From Octopus sinensis (taxonomy: Eukaryota), in the NCBI RefSeq assembly GCF_006345805.1, contig NC_043001.1, positions 123,752,001-123,816,000 of the forward strand: a DNA stretch of 64,000 nucleotides, given 5' to 3'. The notes under the pieces are model-generated. The model ran no database searches. It was not told where the DNA came from and saw only the letters and a list, made by a program, of their open reading frames with translations. Position 1 is the first letter of the stretch, and each line of letters begins with the position of its first letter. This document shows positions 39,215 to 50,984 of the stretch, piece after piece. A program made the position numbers and the translations under genes.

Positions 39215-41260
39215 GCGGTTTTTGACAACAGATAGGGCGTCTCACAAGTGGCCATGTGTTCTTCCACAAAAAGCAGAAGAGCTGCCTCTCCGGCTTGATT
39301 AACCACGAATTCGAGCAAGGTGGTAGGTAATGGCCGATGCGATAAACACATTGGCCACCTCCGCCCTCCCTTTCAGGGACAGCTACCGCCAAGACCAGGT
39401 CTTAACTACGGAGGTCACCCTCCCCGAAACCTCAGCCCAGTTCTTCTCTACCTGCAGATCTAGTCTAAACCAGACCCTACCAACTTAAGCGGTCCCTCCG
39501 TCCAGCGTACATCGCCGTTATCTGAAGGCATCGACTTGCCCCTCCATGTGCCGGGTTGCAAGCCGACTGATATTTGCAGGGTTAATCTTTGCTCCTGCCA
39601 CCATCTTGTATATCTCAATAGCCTTGCCTAATTCATGTAGGCGTGCCATTGTGGTCACGCTGATAGTGATGTTATCCGCATAAGCTGAAACAAATTCCTC
39701 ATATCCTGGCTCTCTCGGCATGCCACTCAACCTTCGCAGTAGTGGCTTGAGAGCCCCCACATACAAAAGTGGTGAGAGCGGACATCCTTGGTGAACCGAG
39801 CGTTTGATGCAGAACCGCTTTGAGAGAAAACCGTTCACCCGAACTATCGAGTCAAAGCTGTGATACAACTGAATGATCCATCTAAGGAAGCAAAGACCTA
39901 GGCCAAACTGCGCAAGAACAGTCACCAGGTACCGATGGTCAACCCTATCGAAAGCTTTAGATTGGTCTAAATGTACCAATTCCCCACGTCTGCGCGATTT
40001 ATCCACAAACCTCTCTAATGTATAGCGTATGAGGTGGAGATTATTCTGAATGGTTCTGCCAGGAATGGCACATGTCTGTGCCACCCCCCACGATCAGACC
40101 ATCCGCAACACGCGCCAACCCTTTTGCTAATACCTTGGCCAAAATCTTCACTTCTGAATTTAACGAGTGATAGGCCCGAAATTATCTAAACATTCCCCGT
40201 TGTCCGGGCCCTTTCTGACTAGTGTCACCACTCCCTGACGTACAGATCTGAGGATAAACCCATTCTCTTGCCAGTTAGGTGGCCTAACATGTCGGGCATG
40301 CGCTTATATAGCTCGTAGGGAAGACCATCCAGTACCGGCGACCTACCCACGCCACAGCCGCCATCTTCTCAAGCGTGATCAAACCTTCACAAGACTCTGC
40401 ATTCGGCCCTGAGAGGCGCGGCAGCCGCGCAAACCTTCAAGGTTTCCCCTACTACCCGGCCCGCCGCCACCCCATAACAGCCGGGCAAAGTACTCCTGAA
40501 AGGCCTATCTCAATTTTCTCGGGAATCGCTTCAATTGTTTTAGGTTCCACCTGAATGAGGGGATTGACTGTTTGATCGGTACAGTTAGCTTTTTCAGTGA
40601 TAGTAGCCAGCCTGGAGGAGAGTAATTTTCTCCTCCTAGTTGATTAAGACTGCTGCCACCAACGACATCGGATCCACTTCCCGTGGGAGCCTTGTGATTT
40701 TAATTCTGGACGTTCTCATCCCATATAGATAGGGATGAGCGCCACGTCTTTCATCTTCAGCGTTTCTACTGAATGCCTTTGTGCTATTTTTTTGTTGGTA
40801 AACCTTCTAGCGTTCTGAATTTCTTGTCTCTTGTCAGATAAACCACGTCGCTCCAGAGTGGCTTTAGGCACTTCTCTATCTTCTGTAATTTTCTCACTTT
40901 TTTCTTTTTCCAAACAGTATATTTTGAATATGATCGTTTTCTGTTTTACTTCTAAAAATATTTTCCTGCTGGTTGTATTTTAACCACATTATCCTTTATT
41001 TGTATCAGTGCACTGTATTTCTTGAAAGCACACGTGTTCGTCGAAAGCAGTCGGGTTCTACACCTGGCTGCCGACGCAGAACTATTCTTTCTTTCTTTAG
41101 GTTCTTCGACTTGAATGCTAGCTGCATCAGCTATTCTTTTAGACACAATACTTTTGTATTTTGGCAAACTCGAAAATTCTTCTTGTGAAAGCTCTAACGA
41201 GCTTTCTGACACATCTCCAAATAATTCAAACATTTTATAATTCTTCCTCCCAACGGGTGA
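39215..41260 (-). mobile_element. Internally deleted L1/Tx1-clade LINE (ORF1 N-terminal part joined at ~40505 to the RT half of ORF2)
   Basis: ORF1 pieces MFELFGDVSES..., VALIPIYMG, RIKITRLPREVDPMSLVAAVL. RT pieces LDGLPYELY, VKILAKVLA, QTCAIPGRTIQNNLH, LDQSKAFDRVDH, QGCPLSPLLY, SAYADNIT and post-RT LSLKGRAEVANVFIAS. The zinc knuckle and APE endonuclease are missing. Confidence 0.88.
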
Positions 41261-41471
41261 ATAAAAAATTTATTTATCAGTAGTTGGCTCCTCGCCAGAC
41301 GACATGTAATTCTTCCTTTAAGGGGAAACAACCATTTAGGTTTCAATGTTAGTCTCCTCGCCAGGCGACAGTCTCAACCCCCCACCCCTGCCAACGGGGT
41401 AATGCGTACTTTCTACAAGCACTTAGTGTTTTCTAATGAAAACTTCAACAGTTGTTAACAAATTCAGCAGG

Positions 41472-42275
41472 TCTTTTCGGCTTGAACGGCAGTTTTTTCT
41501 AGCGATGTCATATGAAATTGTTACCCATAATTATGACCCTATTATCGATCTATTGCATTTCAATCTGTTTTAGGGTTACGGTTAGGGGTGGGGGGAAGGG
41601 TATCTTTTTTCTTCACAAATGTAAATAAACCCAATCTGTTTCTTAAACGAGGGACATATTCATACGGCACATAATGTTTTTTACCTCAATACACGACATT
41701 GATTGGTTGAAATTGCAGAAATTGAAGAAAAAAAAACGTGGCTGTGTGGTAAGTAGTTTGCTAACCAACCACATGATTCTGGGTTCAGTCCCACTGCGTG
41801 GCATCTTGGGCGAGTGTCTTCTGCTATAGCCTCGGGCCGACCAAAGCCTTGTGAGTGGATTTGGTAGACGGAAACTGTAAGAAGCCTGTCGAATATATGT
41901 ATACATATATATATGTATATGTGTGTATATGTTTGTGTGTCTATGTCTGTCCCTCTAGCATTGCTTGACAACCGATGCTGGTGTGTTTACGTCCCCGTCA
42001 CTAGCGGTTCGGTAAAAGAGACCGATAGAATAAGTACTGGGCTTACAAAGAATAAGTCCTGGGGTCGATGTGCTCGACTAAAGGCGGTGCTCCAGCATGG
42101 CCACAGTCAAATGACTGAAAAAAGTAAAACAGTAAATATCTTACAAACTATAGAATTTTCTCAATAAAGCCAAGAGAAAAGGATGTTTTATAAACACATT
42201 CTATCAGTATACGAAGTTTAAAATTTTTTAGTTACCTAGAAATTATGTTAAAAACTGCTGTTCAAACCGAAAAGA
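41472..42275. mobile_element. TIR-bounded MITE interrupted by a SINE B insertion
   Basis: tcttttcggcttgaacggcagttttt (41472-41497) and aaaaactgctgttcaaaccgaaaaga (42250-42275) form a 26-bp inverted repeat with 2 mismatches. Internal ttagggttacggttagggg motif. No clear TSD. Confidence 0.65.
41738..42130 (+). mobile_element. SINE family B, near full length, nested in the MITE
   Basis: Matches 7733-8134; inserted in an A-run. Confidence 0.88.
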
Positions 42276-42681
42276 TTTGAAACAGCAGTTATTAACAATA
42301 TGAACAATAAGAAATAGCAATTTTCACAACAAACGAGGAACTTACCACACGTGGTTATTCTTTTAGAAACTGTGAAAATAAGTAAATTCTGTGACTATTG
42401 AATGAACATTTGTTAAAAACGTTTTCTTGAAAACTGTAAGGTGAAAACGAAAAGGGAAATCGCGGTTTCGCCTCGGAGTGGGGCTCGAAATTGTTATGTA
42501 AAATGTAAAGTTTTAAAGGAAAAAGGAATTCACAATTTTATCTCGGAGGGGGACTGAGATAGTTGTCTCATTTTCATTCTAATTTAATTCATTTTACAGT
42601 CATCCTTTTATGTGTTTTTTGTTCCCGCATGCCTGTGTATGTTCCCTCTGTGTTTAGGACTTTTGCATGTAATAAAGAATA

Positions 42682-44436
42682 ACCCTCGAGCCAAACAATG
42701 CCGACGAGCGACCTGAAACCCTGAGTTGAGTGATGGTTGTGTTTGAGTATTCGTGTAAATCGTTTTGTTGATGCTTCTTGAAAGTCTTTTGTACCTACTG
42801 TTACTTAATTGAATTGTTGAATTGTTATTTTTGCTTAATTGTTTACTTCACCATTTATGGGTGAAGTTGTAACAAACGGAAAAATGGAGACCCAACCAGT
42901 CGGTAGTTATGCTGCAGTAACCGGAAAGGGTTTGACCGCGGATGTACTACAAGTGAGAGAAGTGAAATTTTAATAGAAAAGATTGAAGGAGTTTATCGAA
43001 CTCATCGCACAGGAGGGTACCAGCCTGAGGCTGACCCCGCCTGAAGAAGTGACAGAGAAGACGACGAAAAGGACAGTAGTCTATAGAATACTGTCTACAG
43101 CAACTAAAAAGGTAGAAATAGCTAGTGGAAGCAATGGAGGAATACCTAAGGGACATAAAGGACCTCACGACATTTTATACCAGAGAAAGAAGGACGGCAC
43201 AGTGGAGGCTAGGTTTGCGACCGAACAGGGCGCTATAAAGTACTCCACTGTGCCAGTGGGCACTTCTGCTAACCTACTGTGGAAAACGAGCGGCCAGAGT
43301 TAGGATTGGCAGAGTGCCTCCAGAGATCGATGTGGCGTGACTAGTGGCTGCTATCTTCTTCAATACAGAGGAAGAAACAAAAATTCTCACGGTTACAAGA
43401 TCAACAGAGGTAAACCATTGAGGATACGGCCTCGAGGTGACGGTCCAAGTCAGTTTGCCGGATATGCATAACATCACAAGAGATTGTATTGCTCGAGGAT
43501 GTAAAACTGAGAGTGGTAGTGGAGAGAAGACCTCCCATCTACTACCACTGCAGAGTACGGGGGCACATAAAAGCGAGGTGCCCCCAGAAACACGAAGAGG
43601 AAATAGAGCAAGAGCAGCAGGAAGAGGAAGAAGAACAAAGAGTTGAGGCACAAATGCAAGTCGGCGGAAAGAATACAGAAAATGTGGGAGAAAAGTATAC
43701 AATAGGAAAAAGAAAGAAGAGTCCGTAGAAACGAAGAAAGAACGTAGAGGAGACTCAGTGTGTAAGACCAGCCATACCAAATGGAATTATTGAGGAGAAA
43801 ATAAGTGTGCAGAAAAGAAAGGAAGATAGAAGAGAGATACAGAGAAGAATGAGACACCGATACCAGGAACATCAGGAGAGATTAATGATGGAAAGCGGGA
43901 AGTGATACCAAAAGGAAAACACATTAGAACTATGATAAATTATAAAAAAAGTGTAGAAATCGAGAAAAGAATTACAAGGATGAAACATGTAATTAGAGAT
44001 AAGTTATCGGAGAGTGAGTGTAGCGAAGGCTACAAGGCAGCTTTACATGAGAAAGAGAGAGGAAAGAGGGTGAAGGAGGTATTTGAAGATAAAACGGAAT
44101 ATCGCCGATACAGTTTCGGTACGATGAGTTGCCACCAGTGGTGGCATTTAAGGACGTAATAGAATACATAATGTAAATGAAAGTAAGTAAAATGTTTAAA
44201 ATCTTAAATAGTGACTTTTGAAAAACGATGCAAAAAGTGAACGGTGAACTGTGTGTTAAATGTTATAAATGAACAGTTAACTGACAATGCCTGCGAGTGG
44301 GGAGCAGGTAAGACATTTCATTTTATCATTATAATTAATTACTTCATTCGTTATATGTTTTATGTACCCTACTGTGTTGTGTTGTTCAAGTATTGTCCCC
44401 TGTTTGTAAGAGCCTCTGTGCTCAAATAAAGAAATT
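42682..44436 (+). mobile_element. ORF1-only Tx1-like unit 1 (degenerate ORF1 from ~42857; no ORF2; 3' UTR 44299-44436)
   Basis: SYAAVTGKG, LLTYCGKRAARVRIGRVPPEIDVA and RVVVERRPPIYYHCRVRGHIKARCP (degenerate knuckle), across frameshifts. The K/E-rich tail leads directly into the family 3' UTR ending aataaagaaatt. Confidence 0.72.
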
Positions 44437-45840
44437 ACCTCTAGCCGAACAATTTTTTTTTGGTAATTTGCCGTTACCAAGGTTATGTGAGTTCGTTCCA
44501 CGTGGTCTCGACTGTTATTGTAGTAATTTGTGTGCAGTGTTGCAGCGGTTTTGTTGGTGAAGCTGTCCCTCAATGGTTTGAGGAGGGATGGCGGAAGCTT
44601 ATTCGGACGTGAGTGAGTTAGAGGTGTCATATTCGGAACTGTCATCGTCTGAAGAGGAATTGGTAGATGCTGTAATGAAGATGGACAGAGTTATAAAGGA
44701 AAATCCTTTTGCGAAAGTAACGGAAGTGCCAAAGACAGAGGTAAGCCTCAAACATTTGAAAAATTATGAAAAAATGCTAAAAAAGGAAGGTGGCGACATG
44801 AAAGTGTCACCACCACAAAAATACCAAGGGCAATGGAAGAAAGGAAGAGTATATACAAGGTTTATTCTGTCAAAGAGAAAAGGGATAGAAAATGAACAGA
44901 CGGACGAAATTGACAAGGCGTTGAGGCCTATCTGGCAAGACATAGCGTGTCGTGCCAGAGGAAGCCAATACGGCACCGTTGGGGTGTATTTTAAGAACAA
45001 GGTGAAAGCGAGGGAAAACACGACAAAATCAATGAAAACAGAAAGGGTAACCCTTCTACCCATATACCTTGGAATAACTTCTAAGGTCAAGGTGGCGGGA
45101 ATCCCTCCTGAAATAGATGTGGCTTCCGTAGCGGCGGCTGTGCTACTAGAAAGTGAGAAAGCAGGCACAGTACTCCAAGCCACAGAAACGAAAGCCACTA
45201 ATTGGCACAGTAAAATCTTGGAATTAATAATACAGAGTAAAGTGGAAAACTTAGAGTTGCTCGCGGAAACGGTCACAGTTGGAGAAACAGTGATGAAAGT
45301 GTGGGCAGATGACAGATCTCCTCGTTGCTATAAATGTGGTCAAAAGGACACCTTAGATCGGACCGCTCTCTAAAAAATAAGCCAACTCAGGAAAGAGCAG
45401 AGAAGGAACTGGAAAGTAGAGAAGAAAGAAATGAGGAAAATGGATGGAAGAATATGGGAAGAAAACAGAGGAAGAGGAAAAAGGACAGTTTCAGTGAACC
45501 CCAGTCCATACACACCCACCCATACCCTCTCAACCCCACCTACCCCCTGCAGATACCAAACCCACACATTTCCCAAGGAAACAAAAACAAAGAAAGAACA
45601 GCAGTCATACAAAAAAACCCGCAAAACGACCTTCCCACTTGTTTTGCTTGTGCTTTTTTGAAAGGTATAAAAAGGGATGTTGTGGATAAGTTAGTGCAAT
45701 GGAAAGATGTAAAAGTGATAGATAGGAAGGGAATGAAAATAGAAAAAAATAGTTTTAGGCGCATTGGTGCCAGAACACAGAATGAAAATAATAAGAGACT
45801 GTAAAGAAAGCGTGGAACACAGAAAAATGGTGTACCAGAC
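44437..45840 (+). mobile_element. ORF1-bearing Tx1-like unit 2 (ORF 44588-45373, frameshifted continuation to 45804)
   Basis: 261-aa ORF: MAEAYSDVSE...VTLLPIYLGITSKVKVAGIPPEIDVASVAAAVLL...DRSPRCYKCGQK(GH). No RT follows; the 3' end abuts the tail of unit 3. Confidence 0.75.
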
Positions 45841-45852
45841 GGAAGAGACTAT

Positions 45853-47930
45853 GATTTTTTTTATTACTCACAAGGGGCTAAACATTGGTAGGACAATACA
45901 CACATTCGGGGAAATTTAACACATGAAAGAATAGAACAATGAAAATATGCAATGAAGATGGGACGGCCACTCCAGCCCCGCTCCAGGGTGGTTATTTTAT
46001 TTCAATTATTTCAACAGTTCTTTTCAGAATTATTTCAACAGTCTTCAACAGTTCTTTTCAAAATAAATCTCTACTTACCATTTTATATAGTTCTTTATTT
46101 CCTCATAGTTCACCACTGGAGCGTTGGGTTCGAATTTTCACCTCAGGTCCCAGTGGGTTTATATCTGATGGGAAAGCCTCTTTTAAAATTCTATATTTAC
46201 CTTTTTCCACCAAAACCCATCTCGTCCCCTTATCGTAGCCCTCCGAGAGTTTTACTTTAACAATGTCTTTCATTTTAGTTATTTTCATTATATTCTGTTC
46301 CTGTATACCTCTTGTGTCTGTATGTCTGTTCCTTTTTGTTTTTGTGACTCTATTATCATGCGTCTCTGGAGGCGCAATGGCCCAGTGGTTAGGGCAGCGG
46401 ACTCGCGGTTATAGGATCGCGGTTTCGATTCCCAGACCGGGAGTTGTGAGTGTTTATTGAGCGAAAACACCTAAAAGCTCCACGAAGCTCCGGCAGGGGA
46501 TGGTGGTGATCCCTGCTGTACTCTTTCACCACAACTTTCTCTCACTCTTACTTCCTGTTTCTGTTGTACCTGTATTTCAAAGGGCCGGCCTTGTCACTCT
46601 CTGTGTCACGCTGAATATCCCCGAGAACTACGTTAAGGGTGCACGTGTCTGTGGAGTGCTCAGCCACTTACACGTTAATTTCACGAGCAGGCTGTTCCGT
46701 TGATTCGGATCAACCGGAACCCTTATCGTCGTAACCGACGGAGTGCTTCCATTCCATCATGCGTCTGTTTTTCTGTTTCTTTTTTACTGTAAGTCTGTGT
46801 GTTTATTTGTCTGCTGGTCTGCTTGTTTGTGTGGCTTTAAGTCTGCATGTTGCGTCTGTGTGTCTGAGCTATTAGCTTCTGTGCTTTTAGGTTTCTGTAA
46901 CTCTGTGTCATTTTCTATGTTTCTGTGTGTTTATACCTCTGTGAATCAGTCTGTTTGTGTGATTGTGAGTCTATGTTTATTCGTTGATATTCTGCTTTTA
47001 TCCGCTTTCCGCGGTGATCCCACTTGTTCCTGTGATTTATATTTCTTTCCTTGTTCAACTTTAGGCGATGAGTCCTTCGTTTCTCTCTTCCTTGACTTGA
47101 CATCTACAAACTCGGCTTTCTGTTCCTCTTCCAGTATCTGTTTCTTCCCCTCCATCACATCTTGCGTTTCTATTTCTACGTTTTCCGTTGTTATTTTCGG
47201 GCAACTTCTGATGTGTCCTCTTTCGCCACACTCATAGCATCTCGGAGGTCTCCCCTCCAAAATTATATCCAGCTTGTCTCCGTTCATCAGTTATAGTGTT
47301 TTCGAATTGTCTAATATAGCCTCTGACTTACCGTGAAAATAACCTCCAAACTATACCGCCACCAATATACTTGTTGGGTTCTGGTTATCATAAAAAAACT
47401 CACTGTATCGTATTCTTCTTTATTTTCTGCAGTAAAAATTACTGCCCGTAGCCATTCTGGCTCAATTCTCGACGGGATCCTTCCCACTCTAATCCTCGTT
47501 GACCTTTTACCCTCATAATTGGACAGAAACCACCATTCTCTTCCAGTTATTATCTTATTGGAGTATTCCTCTGTTGCCTCTTCCGATACAAATGTGACCT
47601 CTACAGAAGCGTATTTCTTTTCTTTTGGTGTAAAATGATATAATTTCTTTTAAATATTTTAACCATTCCTCCAGCTCCTCCTTCGTTGCGTTTTCCAATC
47701 TTCCAATCTTCCATGAAAATGTTCTAAATTCGACTACTTTATTTTCTATTTTCATCTTATCTTCCTCTGATGGGATCAACTTTACGTTTGACTCCTCTCG
47801 TTCCACCATAACTTGATATTTCTGAAATTTCTCAAACGTGTCTGAATCCCAACTTATTTCATGTTGTTTCAACCAGCTCGGGACGACAGAAACCCGACTC
47901 CCCGTTGCTGCTGCATATGTCTTCAGGTTT
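45853..47930 (-). mobile_element. ORF1-only Tx1-like unit 3 (interrupted by SINE C), ending in the family 3' UTR and an A-run
   Basis: KTYAAATG, LLPNYEGKRSTRIRVGRIP and ILEGRPPRCYECGERGHIRSCP. The minus-strand 3' UTR 45980-45853 ends tgtttagccccttgtgagtaataaaaaaaa. Confidence 0.72.
46366..46755 (+). mobile_element. SINE family C, tail type 1, with 11-bp TSD
   Basis: tRNA-like head (Arg-like by eye); TSD atcatgcgtct at 46355-46365 and 46756-46766; nearly identical to 61783-62168. Confidence 0.92.
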
Positions 47931-48187
47931 TCCTAATCAGCAAGGCCCCCCACAAACAATTGTGACGTTATATTCAAAAACCTGCTGCAGATAGTATCGT
48001 ATAGCCAGCTGGAGACGATATCTCATGGGGCTAAATTTAAGTAACATTCGTCCTAAACCAGGACTGCCATGTTATGTTGGCAAACAATCTTTACTCCAAA
48101 GTACTGTTGCTTAATATCTTTCGTTGTGAGATTTTAAATACTAATTTTCTAAAAAAAAAAAAATCTGTGCTTGAGATGGAAAAGATC

Positions 48188-48298
48188 ACCTTTCATCCTT
48201 TCGGGGCCGATATATTAAGTACCAGTTGCGTACTGAGGTCGATCTAATTGAGTGACTCCCTCCCTAAAAATTTCAAGCCTTGTGCTTAGACTAGAAGA
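48188..48298 (+). mobile_element. SINE A-related fragment
   Basis: cctttcatcctttcggggccgatatattaagtaccagttgcgtactgaggtcgat. Confidence 0.65.
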
Positions 48299-48953
48299 GA
48301 ATATATATAAGACGACAATATCTAATGCGTTTTTCAATAATTTAAACGATCTGGCATAATATGGCGCATGATATAATTAAAACTTGACTGTTATTTCTGC
48401 CATATCAAATGGCCATCTAGCAGGCCCTTGGCTGAAGCTACCCGAGATTAAAGCGTTGTTTTGATTCACTCAGGAGTGTCTGCTGGGAAGGGTAAACGAA
48501 GAGAATTATCAGAAATGCCAAGATCTGGTTATATGATTATAGTTTCAGCATTCTGTCATCGGAAATAAATATTACATGAGGAATTCCTATTAGAACTGTC
48601 ACTGATACTTAGTATGCAAGCTTAATGGTTCACTTACGTGAGAAAGACAAAAAGACGTAGACGTTCTATATTTGCATGGCAATTATTTAGCTGACAAGAG
48701 CTTTCTTGCACAAGATAGTATTTGAGATGTAGAATTTCAATTGATTAATCACCTACTGTTTTCCTCCTAATATACCACCCGCAAATTCTACTGGTCCCCA
48801 CACTTGAGGGAGAAAACCGTATCGGAAATGATGCAATTTAATATTGATAGCCATCAAATTGCATTCATCAATGAGTAATTGCAATCGTAAATTGATATAC
48901 ATCTGCTCAAATTATTACATATCCTGATCATTTAAAACTCTTTCTGTCTCTGA

Positions 48954-49030
<77 letters not shown>

Positions 49031-49324
49031 TAGATAGATAGATATAGACACACACATATATATATATATATACGCACACATAGATGTATTTATGTAATCC
49101 AATAATGGTTCGATACACGTACGTTTCTATTTCTCCATCTTCCTTCTCCGTTTTTGTCTCCTTCTTCACTCAATCTTTCAAAAAAGAACAAAGAAAAAAA
49201 AGGTGATTACTCGAAAGGTAACAGATGCTTCTTGGTTTCTCATTCCTCAGTGTCAACCAAATATCAACGTTGTTTTTGTCGTTTTCTAACTTCATGTTTG
49301 TGTTGTATGTTTTTACTACGTACA

Positions 49325-49380
<56 letters not shown>

Positions 49381-49892
49381 TAAAGTTAATCTAAACAAGA
49401 AATCACAACAAAACACAACAACGCGAGGATGTGGAACAAATATAGTATTATTGATACAGAAGGAGAACGACCTTAGTCCTCGCACTACTTGAGATAATAG
49501 CCATTCCGTCACTTAAATGTCATTTTATTATCATCCAGGAGAGTCAGTAGCTACAAAGCAATTGTTGGTAATAGTGTTGGCGAAAGTGGCGGTATTGGTG
49601 ATAGTCTTGTGGTATTTGTAAAGGTGATAGTATTTGTAAAGGTGGTTATATGGGTAGCGGCGTTAGTAGTGACGTCGGTATAGTAGTGGTTTTAGTTGTA
49701 GAGTTGTTGTAGTATTGGAGATGGTAAGGGTGCTGGTTCTGTAGTTTGTGACTGTTGTCGGGTTGACGCTAGACTTAATGATAACGGTGATGGTGTTGGA
49801 ATCGATGGGGCTGTTGGTGATGTTAGTGATAGGGTTAGTTATGTTCTTGGCGGTATGGATGGGGGTAGTTTTACTATATTATAGGATGATGC

Positions 49893-50038
49893 TTTCGTCT
49901 GCCGCTACGTTCTGAGTTCAAATTCCGCCAAGGTCGACTTTGCCTTTCATCCAGTACCAGTTTCGCACTGGGGTCGATGTAATCGACTTAATCCCTTTGT
50001 CTGTCCTTGTTTATCCCCTTGTGGGCAGTAAAGGAATA
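49893..50038 (+). mobile_element. 5'-truncated SINE A with 18-bp TSD
   Basis: Starts tttcgtctgccg; TSD tatattataggatgatgc at 49875-49892 and 50039-50056. Confidence 0.88.
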
Positions 50039-50984
50039 TATATTATAGGATGATGCAACTTGTGTTTGATGCACATGCAGCTACACAGCTCATTGAACAA
50101 GATTATATTCCCTACGCTCCTCACAATATCTAAATATGATGTTATCTTTCTGCGTCTATTCAATCCATTCTTATCTTTTGTATTCTAGCCCACCTCCATA
50201 TACTTCGACACCTTTGCCTACGCAAATGAATGAGCCAGAAATAATCAGCTAATTGGGTGCCGGATCTATTATGTTAAGTAGATCACATCAGTTAAATTCA
50301 GGAATATATACTTTGTTTCGTAATATTTTACCTGATATATCACCTGATGTATCAGTTCATAGATACAACAGAGTTACTATTCATAATAAGATCTGTATCG
50401 ATATTGTCACTGTGGAGACTGTTCCTTATCGATTATATCACCTTTGATAACATTTCTACAGATAATTACAACGTAAATATAACTGCTGCACCAGCTGATG
50501 CAGATGATAACACCAAGCAGCAGCAGCAGCAGAAACAGCAACAGCATGAATAACTATTTCAAACATCATATATCTGAATTGTTATTAAAGATCAGGCAAA
50601 TTGTGATACGAATAATTATTATTTAATTATTCTATCAGTTAATTATTATTTAATTATTTAATAATTATTTCATTATAAAATAGTTAAATAAAAATTAGAC
50701 AAGAAAAACGAAAAAAAAAGCAGATGCAGAATGATCAGGTGATAAAAAATATAACTTGATGAATAGGTAGTATATGTTAGTAAAAAGAATGTTATTGTTG
50801 AGGTGAGGAAAAAAAGAAAGGAAAAAATAGACGAGGAGATATATGATGAGAATTAGTGACACCTTTACAAAGTCCTTGTAGGTTTTCTCCAGGTAATAAT
50901 TTGGTAGTTCGTTTAGAGTCCAAAATGATGTTAGTATGCGTGAAGGAAGCCTGTCCATATCAATATAAATGAATGCCTATTGTG

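Noticed and set aside
42548-44451. Reading the two similar ~140-bp blocks as LTRs around a gag-only element
   Set aside because: The blocks are too diverged, lack a TG...CA/PBS/PPT layout, and the same block ends in poly(A) at 6.6 kb and 45.9 kb, as expected for a LINE 3' UTR.
46368-46440. Genuine tRNA genes at SINE heads
   Set aside because: The A/B boxes are present but the cloverleaf is incomplete, and each head continues into a repeated SINE body with TSDs.
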